Source: an uncultured Nitrososphaerota archaeon (GTDB lineage: Archaea > Asgardarchaeota > Njordarchaeia > Njordarchaeales > Njordarchaeaceae). From it: 64,000 nucleotides of DNA. Shown here in pieces: positions 29,846 to 40,448 of this stretch (within the stretch, counting starts at the first letter, position 1; each line of letters opens with the position of its first letter). The notes under the pieces were generated by a model. That model searched no databases. It was not told the origin of the DNA and saw only the letters and a program-made list of their open reading frames with translations. The translations under genes and the position numbers were made by a program. The stretch is taken from assembly GCA_964518475.1 (NCBI GenBank), contig CAZFGR010000001.1, positions 128,001 through 192,000 on the forward strand. The letters are read 5' to 3'.

Positions 29846-31162
29846 TTGAGAAAGATTAAGTACTTTACAAGCGAGATTAGTCCAGACATGGAAGGTAGGA
29901 AGGTTAGGATCGCTGGATGGGTTATTAGAGTGCGAGATTTAGGAAAAATAGTATTTGTTCGAATAAGAGATCGAGAAGGCGAGGCTCAGATAATTTTCAA
30001 GAAAGGGCTTGTAGATGACGATTTAATTACGCTCGCCAAGAATTTAAACCCAGCCTCCTCGATTATTGTTGACGGAATTGTAAAGAAAGCTGATACACCC
30101 GAAGGTTTTGAAATACTACCAGAAACAATATATGTGATTCCATCAGATGCACCCCTCCCTGTCGATCTCTTTCAGGAAACTACCGAATTAGATAAACGAA
30201 TACGTTACCGTACTCTGGATCTCCGAATTTTGAGAAATGCAGGGATATTTAAGTTAAGATCTTTACTCGTTAATGCATTCCGAGAATTTCTCTTAAACAA
30301 TGGTTTTGTTGAAATACATACACCAGTAATTGCACTTTATGTTGCAGAAGGCGGTGCAAATGTTTTCCAAGTCGATTATTTTGGTAGAAAAGCTTATCTA
30401 AGACAAAGTCCTCAACTATACAAACAATTGATGGCAGGTGCCTTAGAAAGAGTATTTGAAATAGGTCCTGCTTTTAGAGCAGAACCATCATATACTATTA
30501 GGCACTTAACAGAGTTTACTTCTCTAGACGTGGAGATGGCATGGATTGAAGGAGTAGAAGATCTACTAGATTTGTTAGAAGACTTAATGATCTACATCAT
30601 TCGAAAAGTTCGATATGAAGGGAGAAAAATTTTTGAAGCTCTTGAAAAAGAACTTCCAGATATTCCAGAGAAACCATTTCCAGTAATGAGTTATAAAGAA
30701 GCAACTCTCCTCCTCAAACAAGCGGGAATTCCACTTGAAGGAAAAGAAATACCTCATACTGGTGAGAAGTATCTTGGGGAAGTCATTAAAAAGAAAACAG
30801 GATCAGATTTCTTCTTTATAACTGACTTCCCGTGGGATATCAGACCATTCTATACTATGAAATACGAGATACTCGGAAATAATGAAATAGTAACTAAGAG
30901 TATGGACTTATTGTATAAAGGAATGGAAATCGCTACAGGAAGTCAGAGAGAACATAGATATGATGTACTAGTTAAGCAGATGCGAGAGAAAGGCCTAAAC
31001 CCAGAGAGATTCGGCTATTATCTCAAAGCCTTTAAATACGGTATGCCACCTCACGGCGGTTTTGCAATTGGATTAGATAGACTAACAATGCTTATGCTCG
31101 ATCTTAAGAACGTCAGAGAAGCTGTATTGTTCCCTCGAGATCCAGAAACTTTAGAGCCTTAA
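29846..31162 (+). CDS. aspS: Aspartyl-tRNA synthetase, archaeal type
   Basis: GWV..RDLG OB fold, EGGA, YLRQSPQLYKQ, FRAE, GMPPHGGFAIGLDRL, LFPRD. Confidence 0.95.
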   Translation: MRKIKYFTSEISPDMEGRKVRIAGWVIRVRDLGKIVFVRIRDREGEAQIIFKKGLVDDDLITLAKNLNPASSIIVDGIVKKADTPEGFEILPETIYVIPSDAPLPVDLFQETTELDKRIRYRTLDLRILRNAGIFKLRSLLVNAFREFLLNNGFVEIHTPVIALYVAEGGANVFQVDYFGRKAYLRQSPQLYKQLMAGALERVFEIGPAFRAEPSYTIRHLTEFTSLDVEMAWIEGVEDLLDLLEDLMIYIIRKVRYEGRKIFEALEKELPDIPEKPFPVMSYKEATLLLKQAGIPLEGKEIPHTGEKYLGEVIKKKTGSDFFFITDFPWDIRPFYTMKYEILGNNEIVTKSMDLLYKGMEIATGSQREHRYDVLVKQMREKGLNPERFGYYLKAFKYGMPPHGGFAIGLDRLTMLMLDLKNVREAVLFPRDPETLEP

Positions 31163-31255
31163 CCTAGTCAGTAGCTTTCCCAATCTCCATAAATTTATTT
31201 ATTTAACATCTCATAGTATGTTGTCACCAATAATGAAATCGCCGAGGGATATCTA

Positions 31256-31882
31256 ATGTTCTTCTTAGTGAAGACTAGGATAACTGTGCCAATAAGTCCC
31301 GAGAAACTAGATCCCTCGAAAGATATAGACAAGATAATCTTAGATACCCTCCAAAAACGTTTAGAAGGAAGCGTTATAGAGAAGCTAGGACTAGTTATTG
31401 CAGTGATTGATGCTGAACCAAGCGATGTTGGTAAGATCTTTTACAAAACTCCAGAAGTTTATTTCGAGACAATAGCTAGCCTACTCGTATTTCGACCAAT
31501 AGAAGAAGAAATTATCGAGGGACCAATAGCAGAGGTAACTCAATCGGATGTATATGTGACCATTGGAAGCATCGACGCCAGATGTCCTGTAACACAACTA
31601 TACGACGATAAGTTTCATTATGATGTGCGAAATAAAATGCTCCGAGGACGTAATAGTAAACTGATAATTAAAGTAGGAGATAAAATTAGAGCGAAAATAA
31701 GAAGAACTGAATTCAGAATCCCCCAGATAATTCCCCCCTTAAGAAGGGGGTTAACTATAGTTCCGCCAATCGAGATACGTCAAAAATCGGAGATAAGGAT
31801 ATTATTAAATGCCAGAGAGACGGGACTGGGTCCTCTAAAAGTTTTGAAACAAGTAAGAAAAGATATTTTGAAGTCAATATAG
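31256..31882 (+). CDS. rpoE1: RNA polymerase subunit E' (Rpo7)
   Basis: LEGSVIEKLGLVIAV, FRP..EEIIEG, S1 domain, GLGPL. Confidence 0.9.
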   Translation: MFFLVKTRITVPISPEKLDPSKDIDKIILDTLQKRLEGSVIEKLGLVIAVIDAEPSDVGKIFYKTPEVYFETIASLLVFRPIEEEIIEGPIAEVTQSDVYVTIGSIDARCPVTQLYDDKFHYDVRNKMLRGRNSKLIIKVGDKIRAKIRRTEFRIPQIIPPLRRGLTIVPPIEIRQKSEIRILLNARETGLGPLKVLKQVRKDILKSI

Positions 31883-31979
31883 TCAGTTAGAAGACTATTT
31901 TAATAAAGGGAGTTAGTAGGTAGAGTCTTATTAATACGAAAAACCCATTCCTAAAAATGCATAGAATAGGTGCCGTATT

Positions 31980-32909
31980 ATGTTAATGGGGCGCGATTTT
32001 CTAACACTTGCTGACTTCACTAAAGAGGAAATTCTTTACTTACTTGATCTATCTAAGGATTTTAAGAAAAAACTAATGAGAGGAGAACCCCATATATACT
32101 TTGCTGGGAAGACTGCAGCACTACTTTTTGAAAAACCAAGTACTAGGACAAGAACATCTTTAGAGGTAGCTTGTGTACACCTTGGTATCCATCCTATTTA
32201 TATGCCACGAAGCGAGACCCAACTTGCCCGAGGAGAACCAGTAAAAGACTTTGCGAGGGTTTTAGAGAGATATGTTGATGCAATTATTGCTCGCGTATAT
32301 AAACACTCAACACTAGAAGAACTAGCTAAATATGCACGAATACCCGTTATAAATGCATTAAGTGATTACACACATCCTTTGCAAGGCCTTGCTGATTATC
32401 TAACAATTATGGAGAAGAAGGGATTCGAAGACACAAAAATAGCTTATGTAGGAGACGGTGACAATAATGTGGCACATACATTACTATTCGGTGCAGCAAT
32501 ACTCGGTTTAGAAATTCGGATAGGTTCTCCCAAAGGGTATACACCGAATAAGACCGTGCTTGATCTCGCCGAGAAGCTAGCTAGGAAGAATGGTAATAAG
32601 TCTCGAATAATAATCACTAATGACCCTATAGAAGCTGTTAGAAACGCTGACGTAATCTACACAGATGTATGGGTAAGCATGGGTCAGGAAAAAGAAGCAG
32701 AAGAGAGGCTTAAAGTATTTGAACCTTTTAGAGTTACTTGGGATCTAGTAAAACATGCCGCAGAAGATTTCATTTTCATGCATTGTCTTCCAAGGCATGA
32801 AGAAGTGACTGAAGAAGTATTCGAGTCCTCTCATAGTGTAGTATGGGATCAGGCTGAAAATAGATTACATACTGCAAAGGCAGTAATCGCCGCCTTACTT
32901 CCCCATTAA
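31980..32909 (+). CDS. argF: Ornithine carbamoyltransferase
   Basis: FEKPSTRTR, HPLQ, YTDVWVSMG, MHCLP, QAENRLH. Confidence 0.96.
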   Translation: MLMGRDFLTLADFTKEEILYLLDLSKDFKKKLMRGEPHIYFAGKTAALLFEKPSTRTRTSLEVACVHLGIHPIYMPRSETQLARGEPVKDFARVLERYVDAIIARVYKHSTLEELAKYARIPVINALSDYTHPLQGLADYLTIMEKKGFEDTKIAYVGDGDNNVAHTLLFGAAILGLEIRIGSPKGYTPNKTVLDLAEKLARKNGNKSRIIITNDPIEAVRNADVIYTDVWVSMGQEKEAEERLKVFEPFRVTWDLVKHAAEDFIFMHCLPRHEEVTEEVFESSHSVVWDQAENRLHTAKAVIAALLPH

Positions 32910-32984
32910 TCCTCCCTTTTTATCTCGTGATTTTTAGAACAACAAAATAGCGCTAAAGATTAAAGATTATAAAGGCGTTTCCGA

Positions 32985-33317
32985 ATGTTGGGAAGAATTA
33001 TAGGAAAGAAAGTATTTACAGTCGATGGAGAAGAAATCGGTATTATAAAGGATCTTATAAGGGACGAGCTAGGGTATGAAATAGCAATCATAAAAACAGT
33101 ATTCAACGAAATCCCCGAAATTAGAACCGTTGCTACAAATCTAAGACGAGCAAAGAGGAATTCTGAAGATATTTATATATTGAGAACTCTCCCTATCAAA
33201 CTCAAACATATATTGAAGGAGATAAAGCGTAGGAAAGAAATTGAGGAATTTGAGAAAAAATTTTTATCCCAGAAAAGAGTGGATGAGGATAAAGGAGAAT
33301 CAAATTCCACGTGTTGA
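32985..33317 (+). CDS. PRC-barrel domain protein
   Basis: IIGKKVFTVDGEEIGIIKDL. Confidence 0.75.
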   Translation: MLGRIIGKKVFTVDGEEIGIIKDLIRDELGYEIAIIKTVFNEIPEIRTVATNLRRAKRNSEDIYILRTLPIKLKHILKEIKRRKEIEEFEKKFLSQKRVDEDKGESNSTC

Positions 33318-33775
33318 TTATGATGAAAAAAACTCCAACACTTCTGCTTCTTATTCTCGCATTAATATTGTACGTGTTAAGTTTAGCTAGTCCTTGGTTA
33401 AGGATATTGTATATGGCGGAGGACACAGTAATCTCCTTGGAAAAAATCTACGTGATTAAAAGCTCCGTTTCTCTACTTTACATAATTAGTTTCATAATCA
33501 TATTTGCAATATTTGTTACAGCAATCGCCTATGTAAAAAATAATCCAGAATACCAAATCCTTAGTGTATTTCTTAGCTTTTTAGCAGTCATGATCTTTAT
33601 AATAGCGTTGTTCGATGGAGTTCTAACATATGCAAACGCTCAATTAAGCACTTACACATCTCCAGATAAGAAAATAAGAGCTATAATCTTCTTAGAGATT
33701 GGAATCTATTTCGTAGTATTAGCAACGTTTCTAAACTCATTATCTCTAGCCCTCGGCGTGTATTCTGAGAAATAA
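33311..33775 (+). CDS. Hypothetical 4-TM membrane protein
   Basis: Four hydrophobic helices; SLASPW start resembles claudin-like topology. Confidence 0.55.
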   Translation: MLIMMKKTPTLLLLILALILYVLSLASPWLRILYMAEDTVISLEKIYVIKSSVSLLYIISFIIIFAIFVTAIAYVKNNPEYQILSVFLSFLAVMIFIIALFDGVLTYANAQLSTYTSPDKKIRAIIFLEIGIYFVVLATFLNSLSLALGVYSEK

Positions 33776-33803
33776 GAAACAACTAAAAGAGGAAATTCGG
33801 CAC

Positions 33804-35141
33804 TTATACTCCTTTTAATTCTCTTAAAATTGTGACTTGCTTTAGTAATTCATTTGTTCTATCAATGAGATGCCCCCATTTCCCGTATGTGAGGAGAAAG
33901 TGCGCATCTATGCATCTTTCTAAAAACTTTTCAAAGTCTTCAGGTTTCAACTTAACACTCATTTGAGTGGCTTCAATGTCCTCATACGGTCTTGCTGGAC
34001 CCACGATCTTGCCTTCGTACCATATTAACTTATTCTGTTGGAGATCGATCTGAACAATTGTTACGTCCTCACCTATTGGGGGGGGAACACGTATTACACC
34101 ATACACCGGCCTAAATCGATGCTTTAATACTCTTATTTTATCTCTAGACTGTGATAAAAGTGGATTTGCGCATGAGTGAGAAAATACTAATATCTTCTCG
34201 TCCTTTATGATTTTACTAATATCTGCTAACCATACATAGTTTCTAGTTATCTCCTTTAGAAGTAGGATGCCGAAGATTGCGGGGATATCTCTTTGGCAAG
34301 TAATAATATAGCCATCTTCTAGTAATAGGGAGACTGCTAAGCAAGGAGCTACTCCATAATACTTTATAAGATTATAACACTCTATACTAGCGAGCTTTAC
34401 TTTTACTTTTTTACGCTCCATTAATGTGTTGAGTAAGTCCTTAACATTTACATAGATAGTTAATGCCTTTGAAAGACTTTGATCATTTATAGCTTCCGCA
34501 TCATCTATCCAATTTTGTATTCTCCTTATAACTTCTTCTAGGATATCCCTAGGAACAGGCTTAAGAATATTTTTTAACCTAAGAGATTGAACAATATGAT
34601 ACCCTCTAGGAACTCTAACGCCGGTTGTAGGACCAAGTAGTAAGATCTTATGAGATGCGTATGCATAATCTATAGCTTTAGAGATCACCGCAAACTCTTG
34701 GATAGGTTTTATGTCTTCATATACTATTGGAACTGGTATTGGGGTATTAAGGAGATTCTGTATTCTTGATTTCGTATTTAAAGCGCTAGCTAATGAATTG
34801 AATTTGCCAAATGCCCATACTAGAAAAGGTTTTGCCTTAGTTATGTTTATCAACACCTCTAGCGCTAACTTGCTAGTACCCCCAGTTAAATGCATCAGAA
34901 CGATTCCATGGACATCCTCTATCATAGCGTTTATACGTGATAATGCCTTGTCTATATTTTTTTCATCAATAATCTCAGGGAAAAAAGCTATATCGATACC
35001 TCTCAACAATGATTCACTATTCTCTCTCCACTGTTTAAGTAACTCTATTACCTCTTCACGCGGAACAACATTAGATGCCAAGGGAATGATTAGAATCCTA
35101 GGTAATTCTCCCGAAATCGTCACTTTAATCCTCTCCCACAC
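33804..35141 (-). CDS. L-fucose isomerase-like protein
   Basis: LTGGTS, FNSLASA, ASIECY, PCLAVSLL, CQRDIP, SHSC. Confidence 0.7.
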   Translation of the reverse strand: MWERIKVTISGELPRILIIPLASNVVPREEVIELLKQWRENSESLLRGIDIAFFPEIIDEKNIDKALSRINAMIEDVHGIVLMHLTGGTSKLALEVLINITKAKPFLVWAFGKFNSLASALNTKSRIQNLLNTPIPVPIVYEDIKPIQEFAVISKAIDYAYASHKILLLGPTTGVRVPRGYHIVQSLRLKNILKPVPRDILEEVIRRIQNWIDDAEAINDQSLSKALTIYVNVKDLLNTLMERKKVKVKLASIECYNLIKYYGVAPCLAVSLLLEDGYIITCQRDIPAIFGILLLKEITRNYVWLADISKIIKDEKILVFSHSCANPLLSQSRDKIRVLKHRFRPVYGVIRVPPPIGEDVTIVQIDLQQNKLIWYEGKIVGPARPYEDIEATQMSVKLKPEDFEKFLERCIDAHFLLTYGKWGHLIDRTNELLKQVTILRELKGV

Positions 35142-35400
35142 TGAAGTATCTTCGCTCTCTCGTTAATTTCTCAATTACACGCTCTTTTGGCGCTCCAACT
35201 TCCACATGAATTAGACCATCTATTTCAAGTTGCATTAAGGCTCTGTTTAGAACTGTAGAGGAGACCTCGCCATAAATCTTTTTCAGTTCATCTCTCAAAG
35301 TACTTTCTGTTATTCTTCCATGATGTTTTTCTAAAATTTCGAGAATTGCTATCTTGATTGGTTTGGCGAACCATACAGATATGCCTTTCCTCTCTACCAT
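35125..35400 (-). CDS. Small winged-helix protein
   Basis: AILEILEK...LNRALMQLEIDGLIHV; start taken at ATG of MVERK. Confidence 0.7.
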   Translation of the reverse strand: MVERKGISVWFAKPIKIAILEILEKHHGRITESTLRDELKKIYGEVSSTVLNRALMQLEIDGLIHVEVGAPKERVIEKLTRERRYFSVGED

Positions 35401-35694
35401 CTTGTATCCCTCGCTTCTTATTCTTCCTAAAACTAACATTATAGAAAACTAAGTATCTTTCTTAGCATTGAAAAATTATAGGCAATTCACAGCGTCGAGG
35501 TATCTCGGGACGATTTGATTCGTATATTTATTTAGGATTAAACGCTATAAGGTAGGAGATAAATTCGCTTATTTATTTGAGGAATAACGACTTAAGCTCC
35601 TACTACTCTTAGAATAGTTTTGATACCAATATTATTCTTCACCTAATGAGACAGAAAGTCTTGTGTTTTTAATATCTTTGAAACGAAACAAATT

Positions 35695-36600
35695 TCAAGA
35701 AAGTGAAAACTTGGCTTTGATTGCATTTGTTGGGCATGCTTCAGCGCACATTAAACACATGATGCATTGAGGGTGTCTTATATCGCTTTTGAACGACAGA
35801 ATAGGAATATTAAGTAAGCAATTTTTCTCACAAAGTCTGCAATGCTCGCCAAGACATTTTTTGGGATCAACATAAATTTTCAGAAAGCTGTACTGGCTAC
35901 CTAGACCCATTAATCCTCCTAGAGGACAGAAAGTTCTGCACCAGAATCGTGGAAGATAGTAGTTTGACAGTATTGCGATGATTATTATGAAAATTCTAAA
36001 CCAGAAAACGCCAGGATATTTTGTTAGTTGAGAGAGATCTTGGAAAGTTTTAGGATACAATCTCCAGTAGATATACCAGAAGAGCATACTAAACAAGCTA
36101 GACGTAGGATCAATTATTGTTGATGGTTCTCTACTAAATTCTCCAAAATAAGATGCGATGCTGGTTCCTATAGCTTCGTTGTAACCAATAGAGAAATCAA
36201 TGAACAAGAATAAAGCTGCCACGAACAAGGATATTTTGAAAAGCCCTATGTTTGTTTTGTTGGACACTCTCATCTTTCGACCTAAATATGATGTTAAGTC
36301 ACTTATGAATCCAAATGGGCAAACCCACCCACAGAAAAATCTTCCAAATATTAGTGATCCGAGGGAGATAACAGCGATTGCTAAGTACGGGAATATAGCC
36401 GCGGTCACCATTATCTCTAGTAATTGCCAAGCTCCCATCACTGTAGTATAGGGATTACCTGCGGGAATCATTACTGGGAGGACTATCACTGATGCGGCTA
36501 TACCAAATACGCCGCCAAATATCACGAAGAATGATATAAATTGAATGATGCTCCTAATTATAGTTATTCTTTTAGAAGGTTCATTTTCTTTCTGCATCAT
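35695..36600 (-). CDS. Membrane 4Fe-4S protein (NapH/NosR-like)
   Basis: GRFFCGWVCPFG, RFWCRTFCPLG, C-terminal CIMCLMCAEACP. Confidence 0.9.
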   Translation of the reverse strand: MMQKENEPSKRITIIRSIIQFISFFVIFGGVFGIAASVIVLPVMIPAGNPYTTVMGAWQLLEIMVTAAIFPYLAIAVISLGSLIFGRFFCGWVCPFGFISDLTSYLGRKMRVSNKTNIGLFKISLFVAALFLFIDFSIGYNEAIGTSIASYFGEFSREPSTIIDPTSSLFSMLFWYIYWRLYPKTFQDLSQLTKYPGVFWFRIFIIIIAILSNYYLPRFWCRTFCPLGGLMGLGSQYSFLKIYVDPKKCLGEHCRLCEKNCLLNIPILSFKSDIRHPQCIMCLMCAEACPTNAIKAKFSLS

Positions 36601-36618
36601 TTTTTAGTCACCTCTAAC

Positions 36619-36774
36619 TTAAAGAGCTTTTGGTAAACCTCCATTTTCATACTCAATTAGCTTTGAGAGGATTTCTTTCACTATTTCCCATTGCTTGTAT
36701 TTGATGGCCATTACTAAGGAGATGACTCCTATAATCACCAATAGGGCTCTAATACTTATCTTACGGAAACTCAT
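36619..36774 (-). CDS. Small single-TM protein (51 aa) upstream of the 4Fe-4S membrane protein
   Basis: Manual translation MSFRKISIRALLVIIGVISLVMAIKYKQWEIVKEILSKLIEYENGGLPKAL; AGGTG RBS; fills the operon gap. Confidence 0.65.
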   Translation of the reverse strand: MSFRKISIRALLVIIGVISLVMAIKYKQWEIVKEILSKLIEYENGGLPKAL

Positions 36775-36783
36775 AGAGGCACC

Positions 36784-37800
36784 TTAGAAAAGTCCGCTAA
36801 TGATATCCCAGCTATACCTAAGAAATTTCTCTCTTGCATCCCTTATATTTTTTAGCATCTTATCGAAGGAGTATTTATTGCTCAGTTCCTTTAATTTTAG
36901 GAGACTAGGATCGTACCCTACTAGCCCTGGAAGACCTCCTTCAATTTCTTCTGGCGGGGATTCTAAGAATTTTTTCTCAGTAATAAGTATTTTGTTGAAG
37001 GTCTCTGGAAGCGCTGAAAGAAATTCAACATCATCAATAACTGCTGGAGCAGATTTTCCAGTTCTGATCATCTTAAAGAACTCCCTTATTACTTCTTTTT
37101 CTTCAGAGAATATCCGCGAATATATACGTGATATAAATGCAGAACGGGTCTGATTATAGCCCGGTGTTCTAAAGTCGATTATGTATACTAATTGACGAAT
37201 TCTTTCGGATACTTCGCTTACAATTTTTGGTGGGCTAGAAAGAGCAGTTTCATACGTAGTATAGAGCATTAATACTCCATGGATTAATTTTGAGTATGTT
37301 ATTGGCTCCTTAGCGTTTTTTAGATAGAACTTGCAGTAATAAACTCCAGGACCCAAGATGAGAATAGCATCCCGACCATACACAGTTTGCCAAGTGATCT
37401 CCTTACTAGAAAGGAGAATAACCTTACTATCGATTATGCGTGATATTACACGACCTTTAAAAGCTCCCATCCACTTAGCTTGAACAAGATCACGCCATTT
37501 TGGAAAAATTATCAGTTTTAATCCCTGCATTAATTCTCTCTTTATAGTAGATATTTCGTGACGAATACGGGCTAGTTCTCTATCTAGAATCGTTCTTGCC
37601 ATGGATACCGACGTTTTTTCACTCTTAACAATCTCGGAAAAAAACCACTCTACTTCTTCCCGTGTCAGAAATTGAGTCTTCTTTATCTCTTCTAAAGTGC
37701 GAATATCTAAAAGCAAGTCTCGGAGAGTCTCTAATACTCTTTCCTTATTCGTTAAATCGATCAATTTCCTTTCAAGATCAATAGTGCTCATTATGCCCAT
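36784..37800 (-). CDS. Hypothetical protein
   Basis: 338-aa ORF, no recognised motif. Confidence 0.6.
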   Translation of the reverse strand: MGIMSTIDLERKLIDLTNKERVLETLRDLLLDIRTLEEIKKTQFLTREEVEWFFSEIVKSEKTSVSMARTILDRELARIRHEISTIKRELMQGLKLIIFPKWRDLVQAKWMGAFKGRVISRIIDSKVILLSSKEITWQTVYGRDAILILGPGVYYCKFYLKNAKEPITYSKLIHGVLMLYTTYETALSSPPKIVSEVSERIRQLVYIIDFRTPGYNQTRSAFISRIYSRIFSEEKEVIREFFKMIRTGKSAPAVIDDVEFLSALPETFNKILITEKKFLESPPEEIEGGLPGLVGYDPSLLKLKELSNKYSFDKMLKNIRDAREKFLRYSWDIISGLF

Positions 37801-37961
37801 CTCATAGTAATCCTTTTTAGTCAGTAAGGAAACTCACTAATCCTCCTAAAGTGTATTTGATAAATTTAAATCCATAAATCAGTCTTAGCATTAACCAATA
37901 TATCGTTATTTGAAAGAATTAATCATGATCGGAGGAAAAGTTGTTCATTGGGTGAAAAAGT

Positions 37962-39002
37962 ATGCCGAAATATCACGCTCCAAGACGAGGATCGCTAGGG
38001 TTCGTTAGGAAAAGGGCCAGCAGAATATATCCACGTGTATCTACGTGGCCAAAAATTGATGAAGTAGTCCCACTAGGTTTCCCCGCTTATAAGGTTGGTA
38101 TGGTATCGGTTCAAGAACTTTATGAGAGGCCGGGTAGCCTATTTCATGGTATTAAAAGAATGATTGCAGCAACGGTTCTTGAAGCACCACCTATTCGAGT
38201 TATGGGGGTTCGTGTGTACAAATTGACGGCTTACGGATATCAAACTATTGGGGAAATCTGGACACCAGATATAACAGATTTCGAGCGAAAATATCTGGGA
38301 CGAAAAGTAACACTGCCTAAGAAAGAAACATTAAGCGAAGAAGCAGTTAATGAAAGAAAGGAGAAATTCTTGGAAATGGCTAAGATGGGTGAAATTGATA
38401 GGGTAAGGTTAATAATAAGGACAAGACCTGAATTGACAGGAATAGGTAAAAAGAAGCCAGAAGTTATGGAAATTCAGGTAGGCGGGCCCGTATTAGATGC
38501 TTTACAATATGCGTTAGATAAACTAGGAAAAGAAATATCTGTCACAGATGTGTTGAAACCAGGACAATTAGTTGATATCATTGGAGTTACTAAAGGGAAG
38601 GGGTTCCAAGGCGTTGTTAAACGTTTTGGAGTGAAAATTTTGCCTCCTAAAACCAAGAAAGAGAAGAGAGCAGTGGGTTCGCTTGGCCCATGGACTCCGG
38701 GTAGAGTTGCTTGGACAGTGCCTCGATATGGCCAACTAGGATTCTTCAAGAGAACGGAGTATAATAAGCAAATACTAGCTATAATAACAGGTGATGAAAT
38801 TGAGAAATTGAATCCAAAAAGTGGATGGATGCATTATGGAGTGATTCGTAACCCAGCAGTAATTATCAGAGGATCAACGTTTGGTCCACCAAAGCGTATG
38901 ATCTTCTTAAGATATGCGATAAGACCAAGCTTTCAGCCTAGAGAACCTAAGATCTTCGCGATATACTATTCTAAGGAACAGTTACCCATAACTATTAGTT
39001 AG
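37962..39002 (+). CDS. rpl3: Ribosomal protein uL3
   Basis: HAPRRGSLG, YKVGM, TKGKGFQGVVKRFG, RTEYNK. Confidence 0.97.
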   Translation: MPKYHAPRRGSLGFVRKRASRIYPRVSTWPKIDEVVPLGFPAYKVGMVSVQELYERPGSLFHGIKRMIAATVLEAPPIRVMGVRVYKLTAYGYQTIGEIWTPDITDFERKYLGRKVTLPKKETLSEEAVNERKEKFLEMAKMGEIDRVRLIIRTRPELTGIGKKKPEVMEIQVGGPVLDALQYALDKLGKEISVTDVLKPGQLVDIIGVTKGKGFQGVVKRFGVKILPPKTKKEKRAVGSLGPWTPGRVAWTVPRYGQLGFFKRTEYNKQILAIITGDEIEKLNPKSGWMHYGVIRNPAVIIRGSTFGPPKRMIFLRYAIRPSFQPREPKIFAIYYSKEQLPITIS

Positions 39003-39035
39003 AGATCTCATGCATCAGTTTTGGGGTGAGTAGCG

Positions 39036-39866
39036 GTGAAAGTTGGCGTGTATGATCTTTCGGGAAGAAAAATTGAAGAGATAGAATTACCAAAAGTTTT
39101 TCAGACTCCAGTTCGCCCAGATCTCATTTGGAGAGCGTTTCTCGCTATCATGTCTGAAAAATATCAGCCTAAAGGTAAAAGTCCTCTAGCCGGTAAAAAA
39201 CATGTAGTCGAGAGCCCAGGAACGGGATACGATATATCAAGGGTATCTAGAACTGGAGGAGGATTCGGTATAGCTAGATTTATCGCATTAGCAGTTGGTG
39301 GACGCAAGGTTAGGGCTCCAAAATCAAATAAGGTAATTATTGAAAAGATAAACAAGAAAGAAAAGTTGAGAGCTTTAGAGAGTGCTATAGCAGCTACGGC
39401 AGATCCTATCTTAATACAGATGAGGGGACACAAACTAGGAGATGTGAGAGAAGTTCCAATTGTGATAAGTGATGATTTTGAATTATTAAAGAAAACATCA
39501 GAGGTACGTAAAACCCTTTATGTGCTCGGACTAAAGGAGGATCTGGAGAGAGCTTCAGAGGGAAGACGAGTAAGAGCGGGTAAAGGAAAAAGACGGGGAA
39601 GAAAATACAAGCGGAGAAAGGGACCACTAATAGTTGTATCTGGTGAACATGAGGAAATTATTAAGGCAGCAAGAAATATTGAAGGAGTCGATGTAGTACC
39701 AGTTAATTACCTAAGCGTAGTTCATCTCGCTCCTGGGGGGCATCCAGGCAGATTAACTATCTGGACAAAGAAAGCTATTGAAGCAATTCAGAAAAGAATA
39801 GATGACCAATGGGCACGGCTAAGAAGAACTAAAGAAGAAAAAGTCATCATGAAAGCAACTGTCTAA
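39036..39866 (+). CDS. rpl4: Ribosomal protein uL4
   Basis: [36 protein letters not shown]. Confidence 0.97.
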   Translation: MKVGVYDLSGRKIEEIELPKVFQTPVRPDLIWRAFLAIMSEKYQPKGKSPLAGKKHVVESPGTGYDISRVSRTGGGFGIARFIALAVGGRKVRAPKSNKVIIEKINKKEKLRALESAIAATADPILIQMRGHKLGDVREVPIVISDDFELLKKTSEVRKTLYVLGLKEDLERASEGRRVRAGKGKRRGRKYKRRKGPLIVVSGEHEEIIKAARNIEGVDVVPVNYLSVVHLAPGGHPGRLTIWTKKAIEAIQKRIDDQWARLRRTKEEKVIMKATV

Positions 39867-39879
39867 GGAAGGAAGGTGT

Positions 39880-40209
39880 GTGATAATGGCGAAAGATAAG
39901 AAAGCGAAAGTAAAAACTAGGGCAGTACTTAGAAGAGCTCTTAAAATAGATGATCCCTTCAAAGTAATTAAGAGGATAGTAATTACCGAAAAAGCGATTG
40001 AACTAATTCAAAGAGAAAACAAACTAACACTTATAGTGGATAGAAGAGCTAATAAACCAACAATAAAGAGAGTAGTGGAAAATCTCTTTGATGTAGAAGT
40101 CGAGAAAGTAAACACAATGATAACACCTGAGGGGGAAAAAAAAGCAATTGTGAAGTTAGCGAAGGATTACTCGGCGATAGAGATAGCGTCTAATCTAGGA
40201 ATCCTCTAG
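39880..40209 (+). CDS. rpl23: Ribosomal protein uL23
   Basis: [33 protein letters not shown]. Confidence 0.96.
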   Translation: MIMAKDKKAKVKTRAVLRRALKIDDPFKVIKRIVITEKAIELIQRENKLTLIVDRRANKPTIKRVVENLFDVEVEKVNTMITPEGEKKAIVKLAKDYSAIEIASNLGIL

Positions 40210-40448
40210 TTCTGTATATTTTTCCCCCACATTAAATCTGTTGGGTACAAAACATTTTTAGAAAAATTGATATTATGTGTCTGATAAACTGTTCTTATTG
40301 ACTAGCTTGTAGCAAGTTGGGTGGTCTCTGATTTTTATTATAATTTGTCGGGATAAATATGCATTCTCCCTGATCATATGTCAATGCTTAGTTTTTTATC
40401 CAGAAGGTACTGCGATTCAAAGAGATTTAAGCTAATTGAGGTGACTTA

